A DNA stretch of 64,000 nt from Capsulimonadaceae bacterium. GTDB taxonomy: Bacteria > Armatimonadota > Armatimonadia > Armatimonadales > Capsulimonadaceae. Of the stretch, positions 55,101 through 64,000 are shown piece by piece (within the stretch, counting starts at the first letter, position 1; each line of letters begins with the position of its first letter). Below the pieces are notes generated by a model. That model saw nothing but the letters and a program-made list of their open reading frames with translations, did no database searches and was not told the DNA's origin. Made by a program: the position numbers and the translations under genes. The stretch covers positions 4,128,001 through 4,192,000 of the forward strand of contig OZ244065.1 of assembly GCA_965215505.1 (NCBI GenBank), written 5' to 3'.

Positions 55101-55654
55101 TGCCGCCGCCGCGCCCGCTGGTCCCTTCGGGCCGCTACGAGGTCGTCAACGCCGCCAGCCGTCTGCCGCTGAAGGTCGCCGGGTCCTCCCTCGCCGCCGG
55201 CGCCCCGGTGGCGCAGGGCAAATCTCAGGGCGGCGCGGGCGTGCTGTGGACCTTCGTGCCGACCGGAGGCGGCTACTGTCAGATCAAAAACGTGAAAAGC
55301 GGCCTGGTCGCCGGTGTCGCGGCTGACTCGGTGCAGTCCGGGGCGAAGATCGTCCAGCGGCCCGCCCAGGGGTTCCACCCCGGCAGCGATGAGTGGCAGC
55401 CGATCCAGAATGCGGACGGAACGTACTCGTTCTACAACCTCAACAGCCTTCAGGCTCTGGAAGACCCCAACGGCGCCGCCGCGCCGGGGACTCCGATGGA
55501 TCAGGGGTTCGCCGACGGCTCACCGGCGCAGAGGTTCACTCTGATCGCGCAGAACGTCTCCGGTGGGACCGGCCAAACGCAGCAAAAGCAGACCCGCCCA
55601 AAAGGGATGGACAGTACGCTTCGTATTGAACGCCATTTCGCAGGGCATCATTAA
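52106..55654 (+). CDS. Secreted fusion: sialate O-acetylesterase-like (SGNH) + GH76-like + ricin-B lectin
   Basis: GDVWLCGGQSNM, WYQGESN, DNVHFHNKQ, PASPFRTD; then DTWNDDLAWM...GGGIWE (GH76); then YCQIKNVKSG / YSFYNLNS ricin repeats. Confidence 0.88.
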   Translation: MVILRSLLRAALWGALCSAVLWADVSAKAQGPAHTAGNPFLHPLFSDNAVLQRDRPLPVWGWTKPGTTVAVTLDDSRKQTAVAAADGRWTVTLAPHPAGGPHSLSVSDPETGDSATRSNLAFGDVWLCGGQSNMAFDIRGTNNADAERAAADHPDIRLLRVPNAIIAAPRESFDGAVWHVCSPQTILEFSAVGYYFGRDLQHALKVPIGLIDSTWAGTVGQAWVSGPALATMTDFKPAVESLSFSASTPGTYAEQKLVWWRHDPGTVAHQEAPEFNDAAWQAMTLPGAWEDKGFPNFDGVMWFRRTVDVPAGWAGRDLRLDLGNVDDQDATYWNGALVGATDAVQQERHYTVPGAQVKAGRNVLAVRVLDTGGGGGLLGPALSMKSGTETVSLGGAWKAHPGPALHSLPPVPQQLTDPDTPTSLFNGKIAPLVPAQIKGVIWYQGESNADHSEQAVQYRTLLPLLINDWRAHFGAHLPFYIVQLANFRKPQDQPMSSDVWPLMREAQLQTSQRLPDAPLVVTSDLGEVDNVHFHNKQELGRRLELSALNHTYGVPVESSGPTLKSAKAAAGVIRLTFDHAPGLNLKGDVGHVFVVAGADKKFQWATPQIAGRVVTLRSAAVPAPLYARFGWSDNPRASVYNAAGLPASPFRTDQDYVQTQGPAKDQVEAVYNAWNEAFLAQSDGTAYYTTTRHGSVPEGTWVGALDVEMAEDVCLRTRTPAQMQLLNALLRTFLAQNDFVWSQDTWNDDLAWMTLAMLHGYQITGNATFLKKAVSAWNIAYDRGWDTKYGGGGIWENMDNFVHGDGRADKCSLSNNPFVTAGVALYQITGDAAYLTKSEAIYAWVRANLFSTTTGQVNEGVKWPIGNPTGGFLENSDNVYNSGSFLEAADTLFRVTGKAQYYQDARLAANHIVDHMLVLHDGGRYQTQWAYRFVKGLSEFATENHLWPQYLPWMLRNAQAAWNARDSSGLTWNDWTKPTDDPKIDANETSSAVAVWQWLPPPRPLVPSGRYEVVNAASRLPLKVAGSSLAAGAPVAQGKSQGGAGVLWTFVPTGGGYCQIKNVKSGLVAGVAADSVQSGAKIVQRPAQGFHPGSDEWQPIQNADGTYSFYNLNSLQALEDPNGAAAPGTPMDQGFADGSPAQRFTLIAQNVSGGTGQTQQKQTRPKGMDSTLRIERHFAGHH

Positions 55655-55664
55655 GGCATCATTG

Positions 55665-56477
55665 ATGACAGTCACACGACTTTTAATTCAGGTTCTGATA
55701 CCGGCGATGACGCTTCTCGCCGGGGCGCTCGGAGCGGCCCGCGCACAGACGGCCCCAGCCACGGGGCAGGTTGTCTGCCACGGCGACAGCCTGACCTGGG
55801 GCGCCAACGCCTCGGCGGGCCTGGGGACGCCCGGCGTGCTCCGGGAGCAGGCGACCGGCGCCCGTTTCGGCGCCGATGCTTCCCCCAATCAGGGGGCACT
55901 CACCGACACGACCTACCCGGCGGTGCTTGCCAGAACGCTCGGCCCCGCCTGGCGCGTCCGCAGTCTGGGGACGGGTGGATGGAACTTTGACCCGCTGACC
56001 GGTGAAGCCCCCACCAAGATAGACCCCCTGTTCGACCCGCGCGTGGCCCAGAACGTGCTGATCCTCTTCGGCGGCACCAACGATCTCGGCGGCGCGCATA
56101 GGAGCGCCGAAACGACCTTCAACAGATTGGTAGCCTATTGCCGGGCGCGGAAGGCTGCGCACCCGTGGCGCATCCTCGTCGTTACGCCGCCGGTGGCCGC
56201 CTATCCCGGCGTTTATCCCGCCGACTTTGACGCCCAGATGGTGCAGTACGGCGCCCTGATTCGCCGGAACTGGCGAGGGTTCGCCGACGGAATTGTGGAC
56301 GTTCAGGCCGATCCCCGATTGGGCGCTCCGGGAGCGGAGCGCAACCCCGTCTATTTCAACAGCCGCGACTTCACGCACCTGACCGACGCCGGCTATGCCA
56401 TCGTCGGGCGCGACGCTGCCGTCGCTGTCGTTCGGCTGTCCACGCGGTTTCCACGCCGTACCCAAGGCAATCTATGA
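55665..56477 (+). CDS. Secreted SGNH/GDSL hydrolase
   Basis: HGDSLTWG, GGTND, DFTHLTDAGY. Confidence 0.88.
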   Translation: MTVTRLLIQVLIPAMTLLAGALGAARAQTAPATGQVVCHGDSLTWGANASAGLGTPGVLREQATGARFGADASPNQGALTDTTYPAVLARTLGPAWRVRSLGTGGWNFDPLTGEAPTKIDPLFDPRVAQNVLILFGGTNDLGGAHRSAETTFNRLVAYCRARKAAHPWRILVVTPPVAAYPGVYPADFDAQMVQYGALIRRNWRGFADGIVDVQADPRLGAPGAERNPVYFNSRDFTHLTDAGYAIVGRDAAVAVVRLSTRFPRRTQGNL

Positions 56478-59400
56478 AAATCCAACCTCTCGCCGCTCTC
56501 TTGTCGCCGCTCCTCGCCGCGCTCGCCTTCCCCGCAAACGCGCAGGATGCCGGGCCGGTTTCGCCCGCGTCGCTCCCGCTGCCGCTGCCGGCCGCCGCGC
56601 CGATGCCGCCGGACCAGCTGCGCGCCCGCAACCCATGGAACCTGGCGATGACCGGGACATGGCGGTTCCAGCTGACACACGGGCAGATCGTCGCCGGGCA
56701 GTTCCATCCATCCGCCTCGGCGTTGGCCGGCCTAACAGCGTCCAGCAGCGAGACCGGCAATCCGCCGGAAAACGCCTTCGACGGCAGCGCGGACACGCGC
56801 TGGTGCGCCAGCGGCGGCACTTTCCCGCAGTGGCTCCAGGCAGATCTGGGCAAAACGCGCCATGTCAACGGCGTGACTCTCCTTTGGGAAAACGCGGACG
56901 ACCGCTATGAGTGCCGCATTGAAGGGCGCAACGAGGGTGGGGCGTGGAAGACCCTGGCCGACGAGTCCGCCGCGCCGGGGGTTGGCGACGGCCCCGTCGC
57001 ACTGACGCCCGCCGATGTCCGCGAAGTCCGCATCACGGTCCTCAGCAACTCCGGCCCGCACTGGGCCTCGCTGCGGGAGTTCGGCATCCAAACCACCGAG
57101 AACGGACAGCAGGCCGCCTGGAAGCCGCCGGTCCCGAAGGAAAACCTTCCGGCGGTCCGGGACGCCTTCGCCGCGCCCGGCTTCAACGACGCCAAGTGGG
57201 ACGCCATCTCCGTCCCCTCCAACTGGGAGATGCTCGGCTACTCCCTGCCGACCTACGACAGCGTGGATGATACCGTCGGCCTGTACCGGCGCTACGTCAC
57301 CGTCCCGGCTTCGTGGGCGGGGCGGCGCATCTTCTGGCACTTCGACGGCGCATTGGACGGCGCGGAGGTCTGGGTGAACGGGCACAAGGCCGGCTACCAC
57401 GAGAGCGGATACACGGCCTGGGACATCAACCTGACGGGCCTGGTCAAGCCGGGCCGGCGCAACCTGTTCGCCGTGCGCGTCTCCAAGACTACGCCGTCCG
57501 ATGACGCCGAGACCGGCGACTACCAGTGCATGGGCGGCATCTACCGGGACACGTCCCTGATCGCCGTCCCGCAGACGCACGTCAGCGACATCACGGTGCG
57601 GACGCCGCTGGCCGCGAACGACAAAGACGCGACCCTGTTCACGCAACTGGGCGTCACGGGGACGCCGGGCCAGACGGTCGCGGTCGTGGGGCGGCTGATG
57701 CACAGCAGCGGGCAGCCCGCCGGCGTGAAGCTCACCGGCCAGGGCCGCGTGGGGACGGATGGGACGGCGCAGATCGCGATGAGCGCCCCGGTGAAAGTGC
57801 CCAAGCTCTGGTCGGCGGAGAAGCCGAACCTGTACTACGTCGTCTTCTCGCTGGCGGAGAACGGCAAACCCGTCGAGACCGTGGAGCAGCGGTTCGGCTT
57901 CAAGCAGATCGAGATCAAGAACAAGATCGTGCTGTGGAACGGGATGCCGATCAAATGCACCGGCGTCTGCCGTCACGATGAATGGGCTGACCGGGGCTTT
58001 GCCTTGGCCGAGGCCAACTGGGTCAAGGACCTGACGCTGATGAAGGCGGCCAACATCAACGCCATCCGCACCAGCCACTACAACCATTCCCAGCGGTTTC
58101 TGGAACTGTGTGAAGAACGCGGGATGTACATCCTCGACGAAGTCCCTTACTGCTGGATCGGCGACAAGGTCAAGGACCCCCGGTACGCCCCATTCCTGTT
58201 GCAGCGCGCGCAGGAGACGCTGGCGCGGGACAAGAACCGCCCCTGCGTCCTTGCCTGGAGCCTGGGCAACGAGAACCCCGGCGGCGTGGACTCCCAGGAA
58301 GTCGTGGACCTGGTGAAGCGGGCCGACCCGACCCGACCAGCCTTCGTCTCAGAGCAAGGTCCTAACAGCATCAAAGGCCAGGCCTGGAACGACAGTCACT
58401 ATCCCGATCCGGGCAACGTAGACCGTCTGGCCCAGGACCCGAACTGGGGCGCGAACATCTCGGAGCATCCGCACACCTTTTATGAGAAGGAAGTGCAGGA
58501 ATACGACCCCGGAATGTCCGATCTCTGGTCGGAAGCGCTCATCAAGACCTGGGACAAACTGTGGCAGGACCCGACCATCCTCGGCTCGTTCATCTGGGAG
58601 TGGCAGAACCAGGGCGTCGCCGACAAGAACGCCGACAGGACGGTTGACTTCTACTACGGCGTTGACCACATGCGCCAGGAGAACAACAAAGGCATCGTGT
58701 CCGCTTACCGGGTGCCGAAGCCCGAGTGGTGGATCGTCAAGAGCGTCTACAGCCCGGTCGTCGTCACTGCCCGCACCGTCAGTCCGGCCAACGGGGCCTG
58801 CGCCGTGCCGGTCACGAACCACTACTCGTTCACTGATCTTCGAGAGCTGACCTGCCGCTGGACCGCGCTGAACGGCAGTGCCACGCTGGAAAGCGGCGGT
58901 TTGCATCTGGCCTGCGGGCCGATGCAGTCCACAACCGCCTCGCTCCCGGCCCCCGCCGGCATGACGGCGCTGCGCCTGGAGTTCCTGCACCCGGACGGCA
59001 GCTCGGTCATCGCGTATAACCTGGCCGTGGACGGCGCTCCGCTGCCCGCCGCGCCCCCGGCGCCGGCAGGGGGCGGCGCTCTGGCCGCGCAGGACGGCCC
59101 GAGTGTTCTTTCCGTCCGCAGTGCGCTTCAGCAAATCGCCTTTGACAAGCACACCGGGGCCGTTCAGTCCTGGCGCGTCGGCGGCCGGGACGTGCTGACC
59201 GGCGGCCCGACGCTCAACCTGGGCGAAGGGAAAGGCAAGAACAAGGGCGGCGACGACAACGGCATTTACCGCGCCGATGGGCCGCCCGTCACGACCGACG
59301 CCCAGGTGTCGGCGACGCCGGGCGCGGGCGGGGCCATGCGCGTCGCCGTGACGAGCGCCGTCCTCGCGGCGGGCGGGGCGCCCCTGGGAACGCTCGCGAC

Positions 59401-59890
59401 CACTTACGACATCACGCCGGACGCGCAGCTGACCGTCCACTGGACCCTGAACTGGACCGCTGCCGACGTCCGCCTGTGGGAAGATGGCCTGAAGGTCACG
59501 CTCCCGGCGGGGATGACCCGGATGGCCTGGCAGCGCGACTCGTTCTTCACCGATTATCCCGCTGGGCATCTGGGCGAGCCGTCGGGGGCGGCGCGGGCCG
59601 GGGAGACCCTGTTCCGTGCCTCAAAGCGCGGCCTGCACTGGCTGACGCTCTCGGACGGCAGCGGCGCGGGCCTCGCGCTGCTGGCGGCGGACACGCCTTT
59701 GCTGGGCCGCGCCGACCCGGCATCGGGCGGCGTGACGCTGTTCGCCAGCCGCGAAGCCTCCGGCGACTACGGCCTCAGCCGCCAGTGGGTGGACGACCAT
59801 ACCATCCGCGCCGTCAAGGGCCGGTCCCTTTCCGGTGCCTTCGCGTTGCGCGCCATCTCTGCGCCCGGCAGGGCCGCCGCACTGAAGTAG
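56474..59890 (+). CDS. Secreted GH2 beta-galactosidase-like enzyme with F5/8-C (CBM32) module
   Basis: GGIYRD, PKLWSAEKPNLY, NAIRTSHY, WSLGNE; ENAFDG...TRW...WLQADLG CBM32. Confidence 0.92.
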   Translation: MKIQPLAALLSPLLAALAFPANAQDAGPVSPASLPLPLPAAAPMPPDQLRARNPWNLAMTGTWRFQLTHGQIVAGQFHPSASALAGLTASSSETGNPPENAFDGSADTRWCASGGTFPQWLQADLGKTRHVNGVTLLWENADDRYECRIEGRNEGGAWKTLADESAAPGVGDGPVALTPADVREVRITVLSNSGPHWASLREFGIQTTENGQQAAWKPPVPKENLPAVRDAFAAPGFNDAKWDAISVPSNWEMLGYSLPTYDSVDDTVGLYRRYVTVPASWAGRRIFWHFDGALDGAEVWVNGHKAGYHESGYTAWDINLTGLVKPGRRNLFAVRVSKTTPSDDAETGDYQCMGGIYRDTSLIAVPQTHVSDITVRTPLAANDKDATLFTQLGVTGTPGQTVAVVGRLMHSSGQPAGVKLTGQGRVGTDGTAQIAMSAPVKVPKLWSAEKPNLYYVVFSLAENGKPVETVEQRFGFKQIEIKNKIVLWNGMPIKCTGVCRHDEWADRGFALAEANWVKDLTLMKAANINAIRTSHYNHSQRFLELCEERGMYILDEVPYCWIGDKVKDPRYAPFLLQRAQETLARDKNRPCVLAWSLGNENPGGVDSQEVVDLVKRADPTRPAFVSEQGPNSIKGQAWNDSHYPDPGNVDRLAQDPNWGANISEHPHTFYEKEVQEYDPGMSDLWSEALIKTWDKLWQDPTILGSFIWEWQNQGVADKNADRTVDFYYGVDHMRQENNKGIVSAYRVPKPEWWIVKSVYSPVVVTARTVSPANGACAVPVTNHYSFTDLRELTCRWTALNGSATLESGGLHLACGPMQSTTASLPAPAGMTALRLEFLHPDGSSVIAYNLAVDGAPLPAAPPAPAGGGALAAQDGPSVLSVRSALQQIAFDKHTGAVQSWRVGGRDVLTGGPTLNLGEGKGKNKGGDDNGIYRADGPPVTTDAQVSATPGAGGAMRVAVTSAVLAAGGAPLGTLATTYDITPDAQLTVHWTLNWTAADVRLWEDGLKVTLPAGMTRMAWQRDSFFTDYPAGHLGEPSGAARAGETLFRASKRGLHWLTLSDGSGAGLALLAADTPLLGRADPASGGVTLFASREASGDYGLSRQWVDDHTIRAVKGRSLSGAFALRAISAPGRAAALK

Positions 59891-59917
59891 CAGACCGTCA
59901 GCCCCGGAGGAAAACTC

Positions 59918-60745
59918 ATGAAACAACTCAACGCAGTGCCACGTTCACTTTTGGCCCTCGCCGTGGCGGTGAACGCCCTGATGGTCGGGGCACTGACGCT
60001 CGGCCCCGGCGGCAGCCGCCCGGCACTGGCGCAGGCCAGCGCGGACACGGCCTCCCCCCTGCCGGCCTCCCCCCTGCCGGCCGCCCCCGTGCCGGCGAAC
60101 GCAAACGCGGCCCCGGAGATGAACGCGTTCTGGGAGGCCGATAAGAAGCAAAGGCCGCCCAGCGGCGCCGTGCTCTTTATGGGCAGTTCCAGCGTCAAAC
60201 TGTGGGCGACTCTGGCGCAGGACTTTTCGGAGATCCCCGTCATCAACCGTGGCTTCGGCGGCTCGCTCATTCAGGACAGCACGCAGTACGCCGACCGCAT
60301 CGCCGTCCCGTACAGGCCGAAGCTGATTATCATGTTCGCCGGCACCAACGACCTGGCCTACGGCAACAAGAGTCCGCAGCAGGTCCTCCAGGACTATCAG
60401 AACTTCGTGGCGAAGATCCACGCGGCGCTGCCGGACACGCGCATCGCCTTCATCTCGATCAGCCCCACCGTGGCGCGCTGGAACAACGAGGCCAACATCC
60501 TGGAAGCGAACCATCTGATTCAGGAATTCATCTTCAAGAATAACTCGGCGACCGAGAGTCTCAGCTTCATTGACACGCACTCACGGCTGCTGACCGCCGA
60601 CGGCCATCCGCAGCCCGGCTTGCTGCGGTCGGACGGGCTGCACTTCAACACGGAAGGCTACAAAGTGTTCACGGCCATCGTCAAGCCGCAGATCATGGCC
60701 CTGGCGGCGATGGAGGGCGTCCGGTGCCTGGATCAGCAAAAATGA
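59918..60745 (+). CDS. Secreted GDSL-like hydrolase
   Basis: FMGSSS, INRGFGGS, AGTNDL, DGLHFN. Confidence 0.9.
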   Translation: MKQLNAVPRSLLALAVAVNALMVGALTLGPGGSRPALAQASADTASPLPASPLPAAPVPANANAAPEMNAFWEADKKQRPPSGAVLFMGSSSVKLWATLAQDFSEIPVINRGFGGSLIQDSTQYADRIAVPYRPKLIIMFAGTNDLAYGNKSPQQVLQDYQNFVAKIHAALPDTRIAFISISPTVARWNNEANILEANHLIQEFIFKNNSATESLSFIDTHSRLLTADGHPQPGLLRSDGLHFNTEGYKVFTAIVKPQIMALAAMEGVRCLDQQK

Positions 60746-62334
60746 CAACGGGATCAGCAAAAATGACAAAACGAACTTTCAAGACTCTGACGCTTTGCAT
60801 GTACATGGCCTCGCTGCCCCTGACGCTTTCCGTTGGAAGTGCGCGACCGGCCGCAGCGCAGAACGAGACCGTTGCCGCGCCGGCGGCGTCTCCAGATGCG
60901 CCCCGACTGCGCTTTGAAGACCGGGCGCTCCAGGGCACTTTGGGCAAGGCTTATGACGCAGCACTCGACAACTTGCTGCACATCAATACCGTCCCGGACA
61001 CTAAACATGAGCACGACAAGGCCGGTCTGATGGTCACTCCTCCGGGCACTTTCGTTCGGGCGGGTGGCGGCTATGCCGAGCCGTGGACTCGCGATGCGTC
61101 GCTCAACAGTTGGAACGCCGCGTCACTGCTGGAGCCTGTGGTGGCTCAAAACACCTTGTGGGCCGTGTGTCAGAAAACCGACGACGGGCGCATCGTGTTG
61201 CAGCGGGACACTCAGTGGTGGGACAAAGTGATTTGGATCACAGCGGCCTGGAACCACTACAAAGTCACGGGCGACCGGAGGTTCCTCGCCACCTCCTATG
61301 GAGTGGCCCAGGATGAGCTGGCCCTGATGCGCCGCGAGCACTACAGCGGCGCCTATGGCTTGTTCCAGGGGCCGGCCTTCTTTGCCGACGGCATCGCCGG
61401 GTATCCCGTGCCGGAATATGACCCGCAGGTCCACAGCAATTTCGTCCTGGACCACCCGTACACCAAGGACCTGATGGCGCTCAGTACCAACTGCGTGTAT
61501 GTCAGCGCCTACCGCTGCGCCGCGCAGATGGCGCAGCAACTGGGGCGACCGGCGACGGAAGCACAAGACTACAACAAGGCGGCGGACGCGCTCAGGGACG
61601 CCATCAATCGGCGACTGTGGAATCCCCAAAGCGGGACCTACGGCTACTTCATCCACGGCGCGGGGCCACTCGTCGGAAAGCGCGACGAGACCCAGGAAGG
61701 CATCGGGCTGTCTTTCGCCCTCTTGTTCGGCGTGGCCGACGCAAAACAAGCCCGGAGCGTCCTCCTGACGGCGCATCGCAGCCCGCACGGGATCACGACG
61801 CAGTGGCCGCACTTCGCCCGGTTTTCGGACGCGCAGCCGGGCCGCCACAACGTCTCCGTCTGGCCCCTCGTCAACGGGATGTGGGCCTGCGCGGCGGCCC
61901 AGTCGGGTGATGTCGCCCTGTTCGGAGACGAGGCCGAGAATCTGGCGCGGCTCGCCGAGGGCAGCGACAACCACTTTTACGAGATCTACAATTTCCTCAG
62001 CGGCAAGCCCGATGGCGGCTGGCAGGGAGGACATTGGGGACCCCTAGCCGATCAAACGTGGTCCGCCACGGCTTATCTGCGTATGATGTATCAGGGCCTG
62101 TTCGGAATGGACTTCCAGCCGGACGGTCTCCGCTTCGCGCCGAAGCTGCCTGCGGGTTGGGGGGCGGTCGGGCTTCAGGGGGTACACTATCGGGGCGCGA
62201 CGCTTGACCTCGCTCTTGAGGGCAAAGGCACCCGGATCGCTCGCATCATGATTGATGGGAAATCCGACAAGCGCGCGTTCGTCCCGGCGACATGGACAGG
62301 CCCCCACACGTTAACGATCACGATGAAGGAGTAG
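60742..62334 (+). CDS. Secreted six-hairpin (alpha/alpha)6 glycoside hydrolase (amylo-alpha-1,6-glucosidase/GH63/GH78-like)
   Basis: Signal peptide; WTRDASLN, QWWDKVIW, FYEIYN, QTWSATAY; alternative in-frame ATG at 60763. Confidence 0.78.
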   Translation: MTTGSAKMTKRTFKTLTLCMYMASLPLTLSVGSARPAAAQNETVAAPAASPDAPRLRFEDRALQGTLGKAYDAALDNLLHINTVPDTKHEHDKAGLMVTPPGTFVRAGGGYAEPWTRDASLNSWNAASLLEPVVAQNTLWAVCQKTDDGRIVLQRDTQWWDKVIWITAAWNHYKVTGDRRFLATSYGVAQDELALMRREHYSGAYGLFQGPAFFADGIAGYPVPEYDPQVHSNFVLDHPYTKDLMALSTNCVYVSAYRCAAQMAQQLGRPATEAQDYNKAADALRDAINRRLWNPQSGTYGYFIHGAGPLVGKRDETQEGIGLSFALLFGVADAKQARSVLLTAHRSPHGITTQWPHFARFSDAQPGRHNVSVWPLVNGMWACAAAQSGDVALFGDEAENLARLAEGSDNHFYEIYNFLSGKPDGGWQGGHWGPLADQTWSATAYLRMMYQGLFGMDFQPDGLRFAPKLPAGWGAVGLQGVHYRGATLDLALEGKGTRIARIMIDGKSDKRAFVPATWTGPHTLTITMKE

Positions 62335-62438
62335 CACGAGGTCCCGCTCCCCGGCTCCACGAAAGCTTTTGAGGATGGAAGGTGACGGTGATCCGCGTTG
62401 CCGCGAAATCCTGCATTGCCGCGAAATCTAGAGTAACC

Positions 62439-64000
62439 ATGATAAGAACCCTGGCCGCCCTGCTTCTGCTCGGAGCGCTGCTATTGACCGGCGCTCCGCG
62501 CAGCGCCCGCGCCGACGACGGCATCTTTCCGCCCGCGCCCGCCGCCAAACCTGCCATTGATTTTGATGGGCGCGGCTTCCTGATCCGTGGCAAGCGCACG
62601 CCGATCCTCTCGGCGGGCATGGAGTACGCCCGCGTCCCCCGCGCCCTCTGGCGCGACCGCTTGTTGAGACTCAAGCGCGCCGGGTTCAACTGCGTCGAGA
62701 TGTACACGTTCTGGAACGCGCACGAGCCGCAGGAAGGCAAGTTCGACTTCTCCGGCGACCTGGACCTGGACGCTTACCTGAAGCTCGTCCATGGAATGGG
62801 GATGTACGCCATCTGCCGCGTCGGGCCGTACTACTGCGCCGAGTGGGACGGCGGCGGCTACCCTGTGTGGCTGCGCTTCAAGCCCGGCGCGCACGTCCGC
62901 ACGGACGACCCGAAGTTTCTGGCCGCCATGGACCCGTTCTTCGACAAGCTCCTGCCCATCGTGGCCGCCAACCAGATCAATCACGGGGGCGCGGTCGTCC
63001 TGGTCCAGTTGGAGAACGAACACCTGGCCGGCGGCGGGCGCGACCTGCCCAACGCCTACTTCAAGCACCTCCAGGCGAAAGCCCTTAGGCTGGGGATCGA
63101 GGTGCCCTACTTTTTCAGCGGCCTGCACCACGGCGGCGACCCCGCCGGGAATCGGTCCTGGGACAGCGTGGGGCGCACCAACCCGTGGATGACGACCGAG
63201 TTCTGGAGCGTCAACTTCGACCGCTACGGCGCAGGCCCGAAGGACGCGGACACCTACGAGCGCCGGACGTGGAAGATCTTCGCCTTCGGCGGCAACGGCT
63301 ACAACGACTACATGGCGCACGGCGGCACGAATTTCGGCTACACCAACAACGATGAGAACGCCGCCTCCTACGACTACGGCTCGGCGATCGGCCAGGCGGG
63401 CGATTTGCGCCCGACGTATTACCGCTACAAGCGCATCAACAGGTTCGTCCTGTCCTTCCCGGAGATCATGGAAGACAGCGTCAACGCCGACCAAGACTTT
63501 GCGAATGTCGCCACCGATCCGGCGATCCATGTCACCGCCCGGCGCAGTCCCGGCGGCGATGCCGTCTTCCTGGACAACCCCGGCGCGGCGAGCGTCAAAA
63601 CGCAGATCAAAGGCCCCGGCGGCCAGCTTTTCCCAGCGTCCGGGCCGATGACGCTGCCGCCCGGCCAGATCGTGCCGGTCGTGGAAGGCGCGGCGCTCAC
63701 CCCGCACATCACACTGACTTTGGGCGCGACTCGGATTTTGGGGACGACGACCGAGGGCGCGACCACGACGCTGATCGTCTACGGGCTGCCGGGCGATCCG
63801 GGCCAGCTGCGGCTTTCGGCCCCGGCGGGCGCACAGACGCAGGGCGCGGCAGGCGCGTGGAAGCCCGCCCCTGGCGATCTGGGTCTTGATCACGGCGTCT
63901 ATGATCTGGCGCTGTCTTACCCGGCAGACCGCCCGGCGGAATACACGCTGAAGACCGGCGGGGAGACGCTGCGGGTCCTGGCGATGAGCGACACGCTCGC
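62439..64000 (+). CDS. Secreted GH35 beta-galactosidase (3'-partial; absent from the ORF track because it runs off the window)
   Basis: Translated from ATG 62439: MIRTLAALLLL... EYARVPRALWRDRL, YTFWNAHEP, RVGPYYCAEWDGGGYPVWL, QLENE, TTEFW, HGGTNFG. Confidence 0.93.
   Translation, partial: MIRTLAALLLLGALLLTGAPRSARADDGIFPPAPAAKPAIDFDGRGFLIRGKRTPILSAGMEYARVPRALWRDRLLRLKRAGFNCVEMYTFWNAHEPQEGKFDFSGDLDLDAYLKLVHGMGMYAICRVGPYYCAEWDGGGYPVWLRFKPGAHVRTDDPKFLAAMDPFFDKLLPIVAANQINHGGAVVLVQLENEHLAGGGRDLPNAYFKHLQAKALRLGIEVPYFFSGLHHGGDPAGNRSWDSVGRTNPWMTTEFWSVNFDRYGAGPKDADTYERRTWKIFAFGGNGYNDYMAHGGTNFGYTNNDENAASYDYGSAIGQAGDLRPTYYRYKRINRFVLSFPEIMEDSVNADQDFANVATDPAIHVTARRSPGGDAVFLDNPGAASVKTQIKGPGGQLFPASGPMTLPPGQIVPVVEGAALTPHITLTLGATRILGTTTEGATTTLIVYGLPGDPGQLRLSAPAGAQTQGAAGAWKPAPGDLGLDHGVYDLALSYPADRPAEYTLKTGGETLRVLAMSDTL

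Noticed and set aside
52733-55378. 881-aa minus-strand ORF (likewise 33971-36157, 31167-32663, 21594-22940)
   Set aside because: Antisense shadows of well-supported + strand genes
62481-63893. 470-aa minus-strand ORF, the longest in the track for this region
   Set aside because: The real gene is the + strand GH35 from 62439, which is missing from the track because it has no stop in the window

Overview
High-GC bacterial chromosome segment. The host is probably Armatimonadota (Capsulimonas-like); this is an inference from the DUF1559/H-X9-DG prepilin-like protein, the GntR-LacI hybrid regulator and the many secreted CAZymes. The housekeeping backbone (hemA-ccsA-ftsY, pepF, an E2 acyltransferase, smpB, ugd/gtrA, modA/modB, rnhA) is interleaved with accessory modules: a HEPN gene plus two paralogous small BolA/MNT-like genes, a VapBC-like pair coupled to smpB, a two-gene PLD-nuclease/SNF2-helicase + N6-methyltransferase defence system with a low-GC target-recognition segment followed by TA-like genes, a Ser/Thr kinase-TonB fusion paired with a degenerate kinase, and three long palindromic REP/MITE-like elements. 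An IS256-family element with no target-site duplication marks the start of a >16 kb carbohydrate-utilisation locus. The first genes of that locus are decayed, it contains an acetylesterase-GH76-ricin fusion, and four of its gene junctions carry short tandem duplications. No rRNA, tRNA, tmRNA or CRISPR array was recognised. All protein calls come from motif recognition by eye, not database searches.
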